A stretch of 64,000 bases of DNA from an uncultured cyanobacterium. Its GTDB lineage: Bacteria; Cyanobacteriota; Cyanobacteriia; Phormidesmidales; Phormidesmidaceae. Under the pieces are notes generated by a model. The model searched no databases. It was not told the origin of the DNA and worked only from the letters and a program-made list of their open reading frames with translations. Positions within the stretch are counted from its first letter, which is position 1; each line of letters begins with the position of its first letter. The DNA lies in assembly GCA_963793265.1 (NCBI GenBank), contig CAWBZI010000001.1, positions 32,001 through 96,000 of the forward strand. The letters are read 5' to 3'. Shown piece after piece: positions 31,036-41,436 of the stretch. The translations under genes were made by a program, and so were the position numbers.

Positions 31036-34000
31036 CTACCTATCCGCAATAGAGAATTGCTCACTATATTCAGAGATGCTCTCATCGCTTCGGCTAGTGA
31101 GTCGGAACTGGTAGTTGTTGCCGCTCTGAATATAGGAAGGAATACGCCAGGTGTAGCTGCCATCGCTGGCGGTTGAGTTAGTGAGTATGCGCTTAAACTG
31201 ACCGTTTTGGTAAAGCTCGATTTTCAGAGTTTCGTCCAGGTTGTCGCGCCAGGTGATTTCGTAGCTGCTGTTGGTACTAAGAGAAGTGCCTGAGCTAGGT
31301 GAGTTAACGGTTAGCAAGGGCTTGGGACTAACGGTAAAGGGAATATCGCTAATGCTTGAGACGCCGCTGCTATCGACGCTACTCACCTTGATTTTGTAGA
31401 AGCTGTCACTGTCCAAATCGTTCGGCACCTGCCAGGTATACTGGCCGTCACTATCGGTTGAGCTTTCAATAGTGCGCCTGTATCTGTTGCCCTCGTACAG
31501 TTCGATCTTTACGGCCTCTGAAAAGTTATCTGACCAGCGTAGGGTGTATGAACTGCCATTTTGCAGTTTGTTCGTGTCCTGACCGTTTTGCTGGATAGCA
31601 AGAACTTCAATCTTCGGTACAGAATTTAGAGATGAATAGTCGATGGTGTAGCCAATATCGTCTAACAGCGCTACATCCAACCTAGTCAAAAGCTTTCTAG
31701 TGCCTTTAGAGAGTCTTGGATCTAATGCGTTTTCGCCCAGTCCAGGCACCTCAAAGTCGTCTTTAATATGAGAGCCCTTGGGATCTAAAGGAATAGGATT
31801 GCCATTATTAAGCGCTGTTGACTTTTCTCCCGTGAACTGTCCATTCTTTATTAGCGCGCTAAAAGCATCGGTGCTCGAAGAGATGCCTAAAATATGGCCG
31901 AGTTCGTGAACGGCAACCGATAAGAAATCAGCCTGGCCAAAAGGCACCTCGGGACTGCCTTGCAGATCTGAATCAACAAACCAGGATTCGCGGGTGTTGA
32001 AGTCAATTTCACCGAGCCAGGGTTGAAAGACGGAGGCGGTGTTGCGATCGCTCTCATAAGTCGTGGCCCCGGCCTGCGCTAGCGTCAAGGATGGCAGGTC
32101 TTTGGCAAAAGCAAACACCACCAAATCATCAATCTCATACTCTAATTCAAAGGCCCTGAGTCCACCGCCATTAGGGTCAGAAGCATGGACAGTTGTACCT
32201 GCTGCAATATTCTCGAAGTCATCTAAAATAATGGACTCCCAAATCTCGGCAGCGCTTTCTAAGGCGGCTTTCTTTTGACTATCGAACCAGTTGTTGATAT
32301 CAAAGCGATAGTCAAATTTGATGTCGAATCCGTCTTGCTCAAGTGCTTGCCCAAGTGCCTTAACAGCAGGCGCTGCGATTGAGCTAGCTATCATTGGTTG
32401 CCAGGAGCCGCTTAGATCAGCGATCGCAATTTCAGCTTCGATTTGAGTATTGTTAGCCCCGCCCATTTGCCAAACGCCGTTACGGCTAGCGGCTTCGTGA
32501 CGCCAAAAGATATCAGGATCGCCGTCTTTGTTGAAGTCGGCAACGCCTTGAATCTGCCAGCCCCCAGAGATTGTTTTGAGCGTAGCGTCAGACTGATAGT
32601 CCAGACCAGCTTCGCCGCCTAAGAACCAAATTGAGTTCTTTCCTGACTCGAGATCGCGCCACAGCAAATCAGCGCTGCCGTCTCGATTAAAGTCACCAAT
32701 GCCGCGAATATCCCAGCCACCGCGAACGGTCTTAATCGTGCCCGTAGATTGGATGGTTGAGTCATCTTCACCGCTCATAAACCAAACGCTGTTCTCGCCC
32801 GTCTCGGCATTGCGCCATAAAATATCAGTCTGGCTATCCTGATTAAAGTCAGCAACGCCTTTAATATCCCAATCCTTACTCAAGCTCTCTAGATTCTTTT
32901 CTCCCTGCTTTTGGGTGCCATTCTCGCCGCCCATAAACCAAACTTTGTTCTGGCCCGTGCGCTCATTACGCCATAGCAAATCGAGCTGGCCGTCTGCATT
33001 AAAGTCGGCGGTACTCTTGATATGCCATGCGCCACCTAAAGTATCGAGAGTAGCGCGCGATCGCACCTCATTCCCCTGCACACCGCTCATCTGCCAAAGC
33101 ACGTTCTCGCCCGAGGCTCGGTTGTGCCAAAGAATCTCCGAATTTCCGGCTTCATTAGCGCTCAGACTATCTGTATTCTCATTGGCAACAGGTGGCTCAA
33201 CAACGTTGTTTTCAGTGCCAGACTCAGCAGGCGCAGCACCTGTAGGTAGCCCCCAGCCCGAAATAATAGGCTGCCAAGCGCCACTCAGATAAGGCAGTAC
33301 AGCTTCAGCTTCTATTTGAGTATTGTTGTCTCCGCCCATTTGCCAAACAACATTTTTACTTGCACTCTCAGCCCGCCAAAAGATATCAACATCGCCATCT
33401 TGATTAAAGTCGGCTACGCCATGAATCTTCCAGTCAGTCGAAACTGCCTTCAGCCGCTCATACGATTGAAACTCAAGGCCATTTTCGCCACCCATAAACC
33501 AAACCGTATTCTCACCGGTTTGCTGGTTTCGCCATAAGGTATCAGCACTGCCGTCTTGATTAAAGTCACCAACGCCTCGAATATCCCAGTCGCTGCTCAC
33601 CGTATCTATCGCATCTGTTGAGAGCACTTCGAGGCCCTGCTCTTGACCCATAAACCAGACTTCATTCTCACCGGTTACGTCATTGCGCCACAGAATATCA
33701 ACCTTATTGTCCTGATTAAAATCAGCGACGCCTCGAACATCCCAATCTTGACCCATGCTCACTAGCTCATGCGTACTCTGACGGTCTGCGCCGTTCTCGC
33801 TACCCATCAGCCAAACCGTATTCTCACCGGTTTTCTCATTGCGCCACAGCAAATCCGAGTGGCCGTCCAAGTCAAAATCAGCCGCGCTTTTGATATGCCA
33901 GTCGCCGCTGAGCGGATCGATTTCTACCCTAGCGCGGTATTGATTATCAGCCTCGCCATCTGTAAGCCAGAGCGCATTTTCACCTGAAACAGCGTTGTGC

Positions 34001-34122
34001 CAAAGGATATCAGGACGGCTATCACCGTCAAAATCTAGACCGTAGGAGTCTGGAGCGATCGCAGCATCTCCACCCGTTAAAACAAAGTCACTATTGTTTG
34101 AAGCTGATGATTCGCTAAGCAT
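31036..34122 (-). CDS. FG-GAP/VCBS-like repeat protein with zinc metalloprotease domain and two C-terminal Ig-like domains
   Basis: Ten DFNxDGxxD(I/L)LWRN-type repeats (one degenerate); HELGHILG; two W.DN...KIELY...DG.YTW.(V/I)P modules. Confidence 0.8.
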   Translation of the reverse strand: MLSESSASNNSDFVLTGGDAAIAPDSYGLDFDGDSRPDILWHNAVSGENALWLTDGEADNQYRARVEIDPLSGDWHIKSAADFDLDGHSDLLWRNEKTGENTVWLMGSENGADRQSTHELVSMGQDWDVRGVADFNQDNKVDILWRNDVTGENEVWFMGQEQGLEVLSTDAIDTVSSDWDIRGVGDFNQDGSADTLWRNQQTGENTVWFMGGENGLEFQSYERLKAVSTDWKIHGVADFNQDGDVDIFWRAESASKNVVWQMGGDNNTQIEAEAVLPYLSGAWQPIISGWGLPTGAAPAESGTENNVVEPPVANENTDSLSANEAGNSEILWHNRASGENVLWQMSGVQGNEVRSRATLDTLGGAWHIKSTADFNADGQLDLLWRNERTGQNKVWFMGGENGTQKQGEKNLESLSKDWDIKGVADFNQDSQTDILWRNAETGENSVWFMSGEDDSTIQSTGTIKTVRGGWDIRGIGDFNRDGSADLLWRDLESGKNSIWFLGGEAGLDYQSDATLKTISGGWQIQGVADFNKDGDPDIFWRHEAASRNGVWQMGGANNTQIEAEIAIADLSGSWQPMIASSIAAPAVKALGQALEQDGFDIKFDYRFDINNWFDSQKKAALESAAEIWESIILDDFENIAAGTTVHASDPNGGGLRAFELEYEIDDLVVFAFAKDLPSLTLAQAGATTYESDRNTASVFQPWLGEIDFNTRESWFVDSDLQGSPEVPFGQADFLSVAVHELGHILGISSSTDAFSALIKNGQFTGEKSTALNNGNPIPLDPKGSHIKDDFEVPGLGENALDPRLSKGTRKLLTRLDVALLDDIGYTIDYSSLNSVPKIEVLAIQQNGQDTNKLQNGSSYTLRWSDNFSEAVKIELYEGNRYRRTIESSTDSDGQYTWQVPNDLDSDSFYKIKVSSVDSSGVSSISDIPFTVSPKPLLTVNSPSSGTSLSTNSSYEITWRDNLDETLKIELYQNGQFKRILTNSTASDGSYTWRIPSYIQSGNNYQFRLTSRSDESISEYSEQFSIADR

Positions 34123-34621
34123 AAGAAAAGCCTCTATCCGAATTGAAGGTGAAGAAGAGAGATGACCCGTTTTGCTTGCCAGAGAAAGTGACCGACAACA
34201 GCATGGCTGTCATCGGTCAGGCACTAATAAGGTTGCAAGCTAAAAAGATAGAAAAAGAGAAAGATTGGTCGTGCAGAAAAGTTGTCGTTCTACGACGACA
34301 AAATACACAAAAATGTTTTCAACTAGATTGTTGTTTGCAGCAAAAGCTTGCTGAAAGAATAGTGCCCAGCACGCCCGAAGGAATATACAAAAAGAACACA
34401 CTGGCCCCTTGTAAATGCCTATTCCTTTATATAAGAAGCAATGTAAATCGATAAACGCAGGTGAATGCACGCAGTAAAAACGTCATTTCAATCACACTTG
34501 TTATGTCCACTGTTTTCGCTTCTCAGTATTTCCGCTAAAGCCGCGAATCAATCATGCATAAAACATACGAGAATATCTTCCCGGATACTCCATACATCAG
34601 TATTCACAAGCATTTGAGGGC

Positions 34622-35851
34622 CTATTCAGAAAGCTCGCAGCCAGTTTTTGACCAGTCGATGCGATCGCTCACCGCCTTCAAGCTCACCTGCGGCAAAACC
34701 TCTCCATCCGCCTTCCATGCGTCCAATCCCGCCTTCAGCGCCATCAAATACACATAGTCACCCTTACAGGTGCCTAAATGATCGGCATCTGAAAACAGCG
34801 ACCAGTCGTCGGCATAGCCAAGCGATCGCACATTCAAATCAATCAAAGGAAAGCCAGACGCCTGAGCTAATTTCTCAATATCAGTACTATGCAGCTCTAA
34901 ACCATACGCTTCTTGAAAGGTCAAAAAATCGCTGCGAACCGGCGGCTGAAAAAAGACTATCGTCACCTGCTTAAGCCTGGCCCACTCTGCTAGCGCCTTG
35001 TACTCATCGCTCCACGGATAGCGACCTTCAATGCTCTCTAAGCGAGTAATTTTAGGATCGTCAGCCGCAATCGGTGTTGCCTTGCTATCGCTTTTACGAG
35101 TAGTCTCAAACGCCGCCGCTCCATTTTCCTGAAGCTGCTTAAAGATATTCGACGCCGTAACCGGCATTCGCTGCTGCGTTTCGTTGAGTTTTAGCAGCGT
35201 AGAAATTTTGAACTGGTCGCGGTGCTTTTCTAAATGAATCGGAATCGTGCGCCAGAAAAAATGGCTGTCGTTGATATGAGCAGACTGCTCAGACTGCTGA
35301 TTTATAAACGTATTGATATTTTCGCCCGCCGCCGTACCTGCCATTTCTAGGCCCAGCGCGGCTAAGAAAGGCAGATACTTACGGTGATCGGGCGTCATTA
35401 CAAAGTCAGGGGCAGGCGCTTGTCGGGTCAAAAGGGAGGTTTCTACAAAAACATACTTGAGATTAGGAAACTCGCGCTTGAGAACGTCTGCTTCGATTAA
35501 ATAGCTGTAAGAAATTTCACCGTATGAGTTACCGGCTGAAACAACGGCGCTATCCCATTCAACAATCTGAGGCTTTAGCAGTTTGGTTCGAGACGTGCCC
35601 AAAAAAGCGGTGTCTACTTGCTCATGGTGGCTGTGCCGCGAAAGCTTAGCGATGTTGTAAACAGTGTAGCGGCTATCAACCTCACGATTTTCGACGGTGC
35701 TGTTAGCCAGTGCTTGAATGGTCGTTTCAGGAGTAGGCGTGTTTGAGCGCTGAAAGCTAATTTCAGGCCGATAGCGGCGAGCCAATGAATCTGCGCCGAT
35801 GACAGTGGCCCAGGTTAGCGCGATCGCAAAGGCAAACTGACGAATTTTCAT
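34622..35851 (-). CDS. Putative SGNH-like (AlgJ/DltD-type) extracytoplasmic acyltransferase partner
   Basis: N-terminal TM, FLGTSR (Ser), FSDADHL (DxxH); directly downstream of MBOAT. Confidence 0.55.
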   Translation of the reverse strand: MKIRQFAFAIALTWATVIGADSLARRYRPEISFQRSNTPTPETTIQALANSTVENREVDSRYTVYNIAKLSRHSHHEQVDTAFLGTSRTKLLKPQIVEWDSAVVSAGNSYGEISYSYLIEADVLKREFPNLKYVFVETSLLTRQAPAPDFVMTPDHRKYLPFLAALGLEMAGTAAGENINTFINQQSEQSAHINDSHFFWRTIPIHLEKHRDQFKISTLLKLNETQQRMPVTASNIFKQLQENGAAAFETTRKSDSKATPIAADDPKITRLESIEGRYPWSDEYKALAEWARLKQVTIVFFQPPVRSDFLTFQEAYGLELHSTDIEKLAQASGFPLIDLNVRSLGYADDWSLFSDADHLGTCKGDYVYLMALKAGLDAWKADGEVLPQVSLKAVSDRIDWSKTGCELSE

Positions 35852-35873
35852 AAGCCTCCCAAACCTCGACCCT

Positions 35874-37260
35874 TCAAAACTGAAAGTAAATGAAATCTAC
35901 GCTATCGGTGTAATAAACAATAGAGAAGCAGAGTCAGCACGGGGAACAGAATATAGGCAGCTATCGGGCGATCGCTCACCGCCACCTCAGCCGTATACCG
36001 ATGCAATACAAACTGAGCTGGAATAAATAGCAAAACTAGCTCATAAAAACTACCGCCCAAGCTGCTCTCAAACCAACCGGCACCCGGCGTCACGACCAGG
36101 CCCACCTGCTGCCAGGCCGCCTGCACCGACGATGCCCGAAACAATATCCACGAAAGCGTCACTACCCCAAACGTCCACAGATAGCTGAGCGGCAAGAAAG
36201 TGGGTCGTTTACCCCACGCCCGCTCGGCGGCTAGTGCGCCCCCGTGCAGCAGCCCCCAAAAGAAAAACGTCCAGCTTGCCCCGTGCCAAATGCCGCCTAG
36301 CACCATCGTCAGCAATAGATTGCGATAGGTCATCACGGCCCCGCCGCGAGAGCCGCCCAGCGGAATATATAGATAGTCTTTGAGCCAGTTGCTCAGGGTA
36401 ATGTGCCAGCGTCGCCAAAAGTTTTGCAGGCTATGGGCGATGTAGGGCAGGTTGAAGTTGAACGGGATTTGATAGCCAAACAGCCGCGCTGAGCCAACGG
36501 CCATCAAGGAATAGCCGCAGAAATCGCCGTATATTTGAATGCCAAAGGCGATCGCCCCCATCAAATTGTCATAGCCGCTGTAATTACTCGGATTCTCAAA
36601 AATCACGTTGACGTAAGGCGCTATCCCATCTGCGATTCCTGATTTAAGAAAAAAGCCCGCAAGTAAGATAAATAGCCCGTTTATCAGATTGTTGAGCCGA
36701 AAAGATTGGATGCTTTTGAGCTGAGGCATTAGCTCCGAAATGCGGCAGATTGGCCCGGCAATGAGCTGTGGAAAAAAGGCGATGAACAGAATCAGGATAA
36801 GCGGATTTCGTTCGGCACAGATGCGATCGCGATACACGTCAGCCGTATAGGCAATGACTTGAAAGGTGTAAAAAGAAATACCCAGCGGCAAAATAATGTC
36901 TGGCGCTGCGGGTGAAAAGGAGAGTCCTAACAGGTTCGCACCCGCTACCAGATTGTCTAGAAAAAAATAGGCGTATTTGAAATAGGCAAGGGCAGCTAAG
37001 GAGAGCGCGATCGCCCCTACAAATACACCTTTACGAATAGGACTATGCTTACCAACGGGCGAATTTAGCCAAAGCGCAACGCCCCAGTGGAACAGCACTA
37101 TGCCTACTAGCAAAGGCACGAAAAGAGGATTCCAGGCAGCATAAAAAACCAAGCAAGCTAACAGCAGCACGCCCTGTCTAATCACGAGTATTTGAGTTGC
37201 CCAATACAGCAGAGCGGTTGCCAGCAGCAGTTCTACATATTGCCAAGAATTAAACAGCAT
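35874..37260 (-). CDS. MBOAT O-acyltransferase (AlgI/DltB-like); apparent frameshift near 35930 before the FIYFQF end
   Basis: LPLGISFYTFQ, FFPQLIAGPI, FWRRWHITLS, GIWHGA; IVYYTDSVDFIYFQF-stop lies in another frame. Confidence 0.9.
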
Positions 37261-37268
37261 CTAGACAC

Positions 37269-38456
37269 TCATACCAGGGCCAAAAGCTCCTTGACCTGAG
37301 CTTCTAACACATCCAAACTAAACGCCTGCGTGCAGTAAGCCTGACCGCTAGCGACCAAAGAGCGCCGTAGCGACTCATCATCCAAAAGCTGCCGAATTTT
37401 ATCAGCCCATTCGCCCGGCTTTGCCCGCACAATTTGCTCATCGGGTGCAAACTGCTCATACACATAGCCATCGCTCGCAATCGTCGGGATCCCACAGGTC
37501 GTATATTCAACGTACTTAGTAGGCGCTTTACAGCGATTAAACTCGGTGTCTTTTAGCGGGGCAAGGCCGATGTCCCAGTTGAGCTGATGGAGATGATTTA
37601 AGAAGCCCACGTAGTCAGTATTCGTTTTATAAGATTTAACGCGATCCGTAAATGACTGCAGCGCAGCAGGCATTGCGATGGTGCCAAAAGTTTCAAAGCG
37701 CAAGTCGGGGCGATCGCTCATTACCTGTGCAATCTCATCGGCAATCAAATCTAAATCAACTTGATGTCCTTTAGACCCCATATAGCCAACTGTAGGCGCT
37801 GCATTGGGCGGTCTAGAGCGACTGTCATCTTCTAACAGAAAGTCTAGATACGGCGCGTACATGCCGTAAAACACCTGCTGCTGAGGGAACTGCTCAGAGA
37901 AGCGATCGCCCAAAAAAGCGGTAGAAGCATAAATCAGATCCGTCTGCTCAAGCAAAACTCGTCTCGCCGCCTGCACCGCCGGATCGCCCTGCCGCTTTTG
38001 AATTTCCGCACCCAAATCCGCATTAAGATTTAGCAGGTCATCATCGATATGGCACACCGTCGCAATCTTTTGCTGCTTAAAGAGCCCTGGCAGCACGTCC
38101 CCATGCGGCACACCATACCGACTAAAAATCACCACCGTAGGCTGCACATCCTCAACCACCTGCTGCACAAAATCTTCAGGCGTTTTTTCCTTCGTCCACT
38201 GCTCAACCTCAGCGCTATCAATCACAAAAAACGCCAGACTCTCCGTTTCATACACTCGTTGCAGCACGTAATGAAAGCTCAAAAAGTAGGTCGCTCGCAC
38301 GTTGTCTACCAAAATTAAAATGCGAGGCCGCTTAAACGGCGACTGAAACGCATAAGCATAGCGAGGTGAATTTGGCCCTGGGTCGAACGTTTCTACCCCC
38401 GAAGCCGCGCCTAATGGCGGTTGGTTTCGCTTAAAAAGAGACTTAAATGAATTCAT
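37269..38456 (-). CDS. Glycosyltransferase, GT-B fold (GT4-like)
   Basis: IDDDLL, VGYMGS..H, DIGLAPL...FNRCK...KYVEY. Confidence 0.8.
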   Translation of the reverse strand: MNSFKSLFKRNQPPLGAASGVETFDPGPNSPRYAYAFQSPFKRPRILILVDNVRATYFLSFHYVLQRVYETESLAFFVIDSAEVEQWTKEKTPEDFVQQVVEDVQPTVVIFSRYGVPHGDVLPGLFKQQKIATVCHIDDDLLNLNADLGAEIQKRQGDPAVQAARRVLLEQTDLIYASTAFLGDRFSEQFPQQQVFYGMYAPYLDFLLEDDSRSRPPNAAPTVGYMGSKGHQVDLDLIADEIAQVMSDRPDLRFETFGTIAMPAALQSFTDRVKSYKTNTDYVGFLNHLHQLNWDIGLAPLKDTEFNRCKAPTKYVEYTTCGIPTIASDGYVYEQFAPDEQIVRAKPGEWADKIRQLLDDESLRRSLVASGQAYCTQAFSLDVLEAQVKELLALV

Positions 38457-38548
38457 AATGTAGATGCGAGCATTTTCATATGCTCTCCTAAATATCGACA
38501 CCCTAATATCAGCGTCTAAGCTGCGGTTATCTTAGCGGCATCTGAGCC

Positions 38549-39673
38549 CTATTCACCAACTGCTACGTTTGCTTCACACCAGGCCGCCAGCTTAGCCAGT
38601 CCCGACTCCAGGCTTACCTGTGGCTGCCAGCCCAATAGCTGATGCGCCTTCTGAATATCGGCCACCGCATGGCGAATATCGCCCGCTCTAAAGTCACCTG
38701 TGATCTTATAGGCGTTCGTTGGTTTCTCATAGAGCTTGAGTAGCAGCCTCGCCGTTTCTAGAATGGTGACGGGCCTACCGCTACCGATATTGATAATGCT
38801 GCCGTGTGGCACATCGGCTTTGCAGGCGAGCACCAGCGCATTCACCACGTCATCAATAAATACAAAGTCGCGGCCAATCTGACCGTCTTCATATATGTTG
38901 AGGGTTTTGCCTGAGAGAATTTGTCCTGAGAAGATCGACAGCACACCTGTGTAAGGGTTCTTGAGCGACTGACCGGGGCCGTAGACGTTTTGAAAGCGAA
39001 ATAAGGTGGCGCTCCAGCCTGCACCCGCGCCTGCTTGCGCGACCAAATGCTCCTGCATCAGCTTGGTAGAGGCGTAAATAGAAGACGGCGCAGGCGGAAT
39101 GGATTCACAGGTCGGTACGGCAGTTAGCTTTTTGCCAGGCACTAAGGGCTCGAATATGCCAGCCTGCATGTCTTCGATTTTGCGCGGCGGTGGCACGACG
39201 GTTTGACGATGGTGAGCGTCCCAGTAAGCGCCCTCACCGTATACCGCGCGCGAAGACATCAGAATGAAGCGCTTGAGCGGGATCTGGGTTTGCGCGATCG
39301 CCTCTAACAAAATCGCCGTGCCCATCACGTTCACATGGCAATACCGATAGATCTCGTCCATCGACTGTCCTGTACCCGTTTCAGCCGCCATGTGAATGAT
39401 GATTGTGGGTAGCGCCGTGCTAAGAAGCTGAGTGAGGAGGGGGCGATCGCTCACATCTCCTTTTACAAACGTCACCCCATCGGGAAAATCAGGCGGCTGC
39501 GGGCGATCGCCATGCACTTGCGGATGCAGGCTATCAAGCACCCAAATTTTCACTGCCTCTGAGCTGTTCTGTGGGCTATTCTGCGGGCCAGCAGCATCCA
39601 ACATTAGCTGCCGAACCGTACGACTCCCAATGAATCCGGCCCCACCCGTAATCAAAATCCGCTGCTCACTCAT
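38549..39673 (-). CDS. NAD-dependent epimerase/dehydratase
   Basis: TGGAGFIG, YASTK (YxxxK), NVYGPGQ, RDFVFIDD. Confidence 0.92.
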   Translation of the reverse strand: MSEQRILITGGAGFIGSRTVRQLMLDAAGPQNSPQNSSEAVKIWVLDSLHPQVHGDRPQPPDFPDGVTFVKGDVSDRPLLTQLLSTALPTIIIHMAAETGTGQSMDEIYRYCHVNVMGTAILLEAIAQTQIPLKRFILMSSRAVYGEGAYWDAHHRQTVVPPPRKIEDMQAGIFEPLVPGKKLTAVPTCESIPPAPSSIYASTKLMQEHLVAQAGAGAGWSATLFRFQNVYGPGQSLKNPYTGVLSIFSGQILSGKTLNIYEDGQIGRDFVFIDDVVNALVLACKADVPHGSIINIGSGRPVTILETARLLLKLYEKPTNAYKITGDFRAGDIRHAVADIQKAHQLLGWQPQVSLESGLAKLAAWCEANVAVGE

Positions 39674-39699
39674 ACTCTTCACCGCCGCACTGAAGCTTT

Positions 39700-40629
39700 C
39701 TATGATACGGCTTCGACGGCCTGACGTTCTTTGATGGCATTCTTACGAATTTTCTTCTGACGATAGACTTCCTTATGCGGTTTAAAGGGCTTGTCTATCA
39801 GACGCAACAGCTTTTGAAACTGAGGTTTTAGCGGCCCAGGCATGAGATGGCCCAGGCGCAAATCTAGCAGCAGGGACGGGCGGAAATGACCCAGTTCGAT
39901 TTCTTCTTTAAGCTGCGATCGCCTCAAAGATCTATCTTTCAGCATCAGCCGCACTTCAGCGAGCCACAGATCACCATACTGATTTTGCGCATACACCCAG
40001 GGCTGCGTCGCCATATCCGTATAGTGAATCAGCGACGTTTTACCCGCCTCATAGTGCTCCATGCTATTCCAACAGAAAGGCACCGCGTACTTAATATCCT
40101 GCTCCTCTAAAATGCACAGGTCATACATCAGCTTTTCGTAGTCGTAGCGGCCCTTATCAAAGCCGTCTATGATGTCGTCAATTTTCCAGGAGAGGCGATC
40201 GCAATCCAGCAGCATCACCGCGCACTGCTTCACTCGCTTTGCCGGAGCCCCCACCTTTTGGTTCGTCTGCTGGTGCTCCTCTGGTAGGTCTTCTTGAATA
40301 ATCACCTTTGCCGGGCCGTCAGCCGAGCCGTCATCGTGGTCAAAAGACACCTGCCACAGCGCCGCAATATCTGTAAACACCAGCATATCAGCATCTAAAT
40401 ACAGCGCCTTCCCCTGGTAGCCTGCTAGCTCAGGAATACAAAAGCGACTGAACGAAAACCCTGTTCGCTGCCAGTTCAGCGGGTCTACCGGCACCCGCAC
40501 TGGCAAATCCACCATCGCCTGCACGTCCACTGGCAGCTTAGTATGGCGCTTAATCGAATGCTCTAGCACCTTTACCGCAATCAGTTGAGAGCGATCTGCA
40601 CCCACAAAAACCCTAACTGGCTCACTCAT
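39700..40629 (-). CDS. Glycosyltransferase, GT-A fold (GT8-like)
   Basis: TGFSFSRF, YLDADM (DxD), WNS, IHYT...QPW. Confidence 0.8.
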   Translation of the reverse strand: MSEPVRVFVGADRSQLIAVKVLEHSIKRHTKLPVDVQAMVDLPVRVPVDPLNWQRTGFSFSRFCIPELAGYQGKALYLDADMLVFTDIAALWQVSFDHDDGSADGPAKVIIQEDLPEEHQQTNQKVGAPAKRVKQCAVMLLDCDRLSWKIDDIIDGFDKGRYDYEKLMYDLCILEEQDIKYAVPFCWNSMEHYEAGKTSLIHYTDMATQPWVYAQNQYGDLWLAEVRLMLKDRSLRRSQLKEEIELGHFRPSLLLDLRLGHLMPGPLKPQFQKLLRLIDKPFKPHKEVYRQKKIRKNAIKERQAVEAVS

Positions 40630-40636
40630 CTCAAAC

Positions 40637-41059
40637 TTACCTCGACGCTGGATAGAATACTCTCTCGAACGCCTGACTCCTGTAACGTCGATAAATATCA
40701 AAATCTTTATCTAGAGTCGCTATTCTTGAAATATCCAGGCGTTCAGAAATAACGACTAGCGATAAATCTGCAAAGTCTGCTGGCAAATCAGAATATTGAG
40801 TATTCAATTCAGCCATCCTCACAAAATCATTAGCTTGCATTGGCTCGCAATCGTAAACCCGCCCGTGCAAATGATGCAAAAATTCATTCTGGGCACGGCG
40901 GTCAGGTTCTAGTAGCCACATAACTTCAGTGACGCATCCCAGCGTCGTGATGAGCTGACCTCTACAGTTGCTCAAAAACTCAATCACTTGATCATGATGA
41001 AAGTCTGCTCTATCATACAGGGCAACCAAAATCCCTGTGTCTATTAACGTAACTAGCAA
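40637..41059 (-). CDS. vapC: PIN-domain (VapC-like) toxin
   Basis: IDTG...VTE...DFADLSL...TLDKDF.IYR. Confidence 0.85.
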   Translation of the reverse strand: MLVTLIDTGILVALYDRADFHHDQVIEFLSNCRGQLITTLGCVTEVMWLLEPDRRAQNEFLHHLHGRVYDCEPMQANDFVRMAELNTQYSDLPADFADLSLVVISERLDISRIATLDKDFDIYRRYRSQAFERVFYPASR

Positions 41060-41061
41060 CG

Positions 41062-41373
41062 TTAAGACTCTGATTTGTGCTTTTGCTGTAACCGGTTTGA
41101 GATAAGAGCACGCCTTCGATCTCTGTCTGATAGACCGCCGACAGAAATCGTGTGTTTAGGTTCGCCACCCATACGTTCCAGCACGGTTTTAGAAAAGTCT
41201 GGTTCCGACGCTTCGGATGATTGCGCTTTCGGCAACGCCTCTAGCATTTGTAGAATGTTGGGAATTTCTAGCTGCCTCTGCTGTAATTCTTTTAGCAAGG
41301 AAGCGAGCTGACTGATTTCTTCGTCAGGCGACTGACGGATCTTTTCAATTAGCTCCTCTTTGAGCGATACCAC
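41062..41373 (-). CDS. Putative antitoxin
   Basis: Small ORF with AAGGAG SD, ends 2 nt before the PIN gene. Confidence 0.6.
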   Translation of the reverse strand: MVSLKEELIEKIRQSPDEEISQLASLLKELQQRQLEIPNILQMLEALPKAQSSEASEPDFSKTVLERMGGEPKHTISVGGLSDRDRRRALISNRLQQKHKSES

Positions 41374-41436
41374 GTTATCTCCTTAGCCGCAAAGGCTATT
41401 TCTGTATATGCCGCTAGCAAAAACGGTTTTGCTTTA

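Noticed and set aside
34143..34560. ORFs upstream of the FG-GAP gene
   Set aside because: AT-rich intergenic sequence with no protein-like features; likely promoter region.
11863..35940. Programmed ribosomal frameshifting as the explanation for the three split genes
   Set aside because: No canonical slippery heptamer with stimulatory structure; three unrelated genes affected points to indel errors or mutation.
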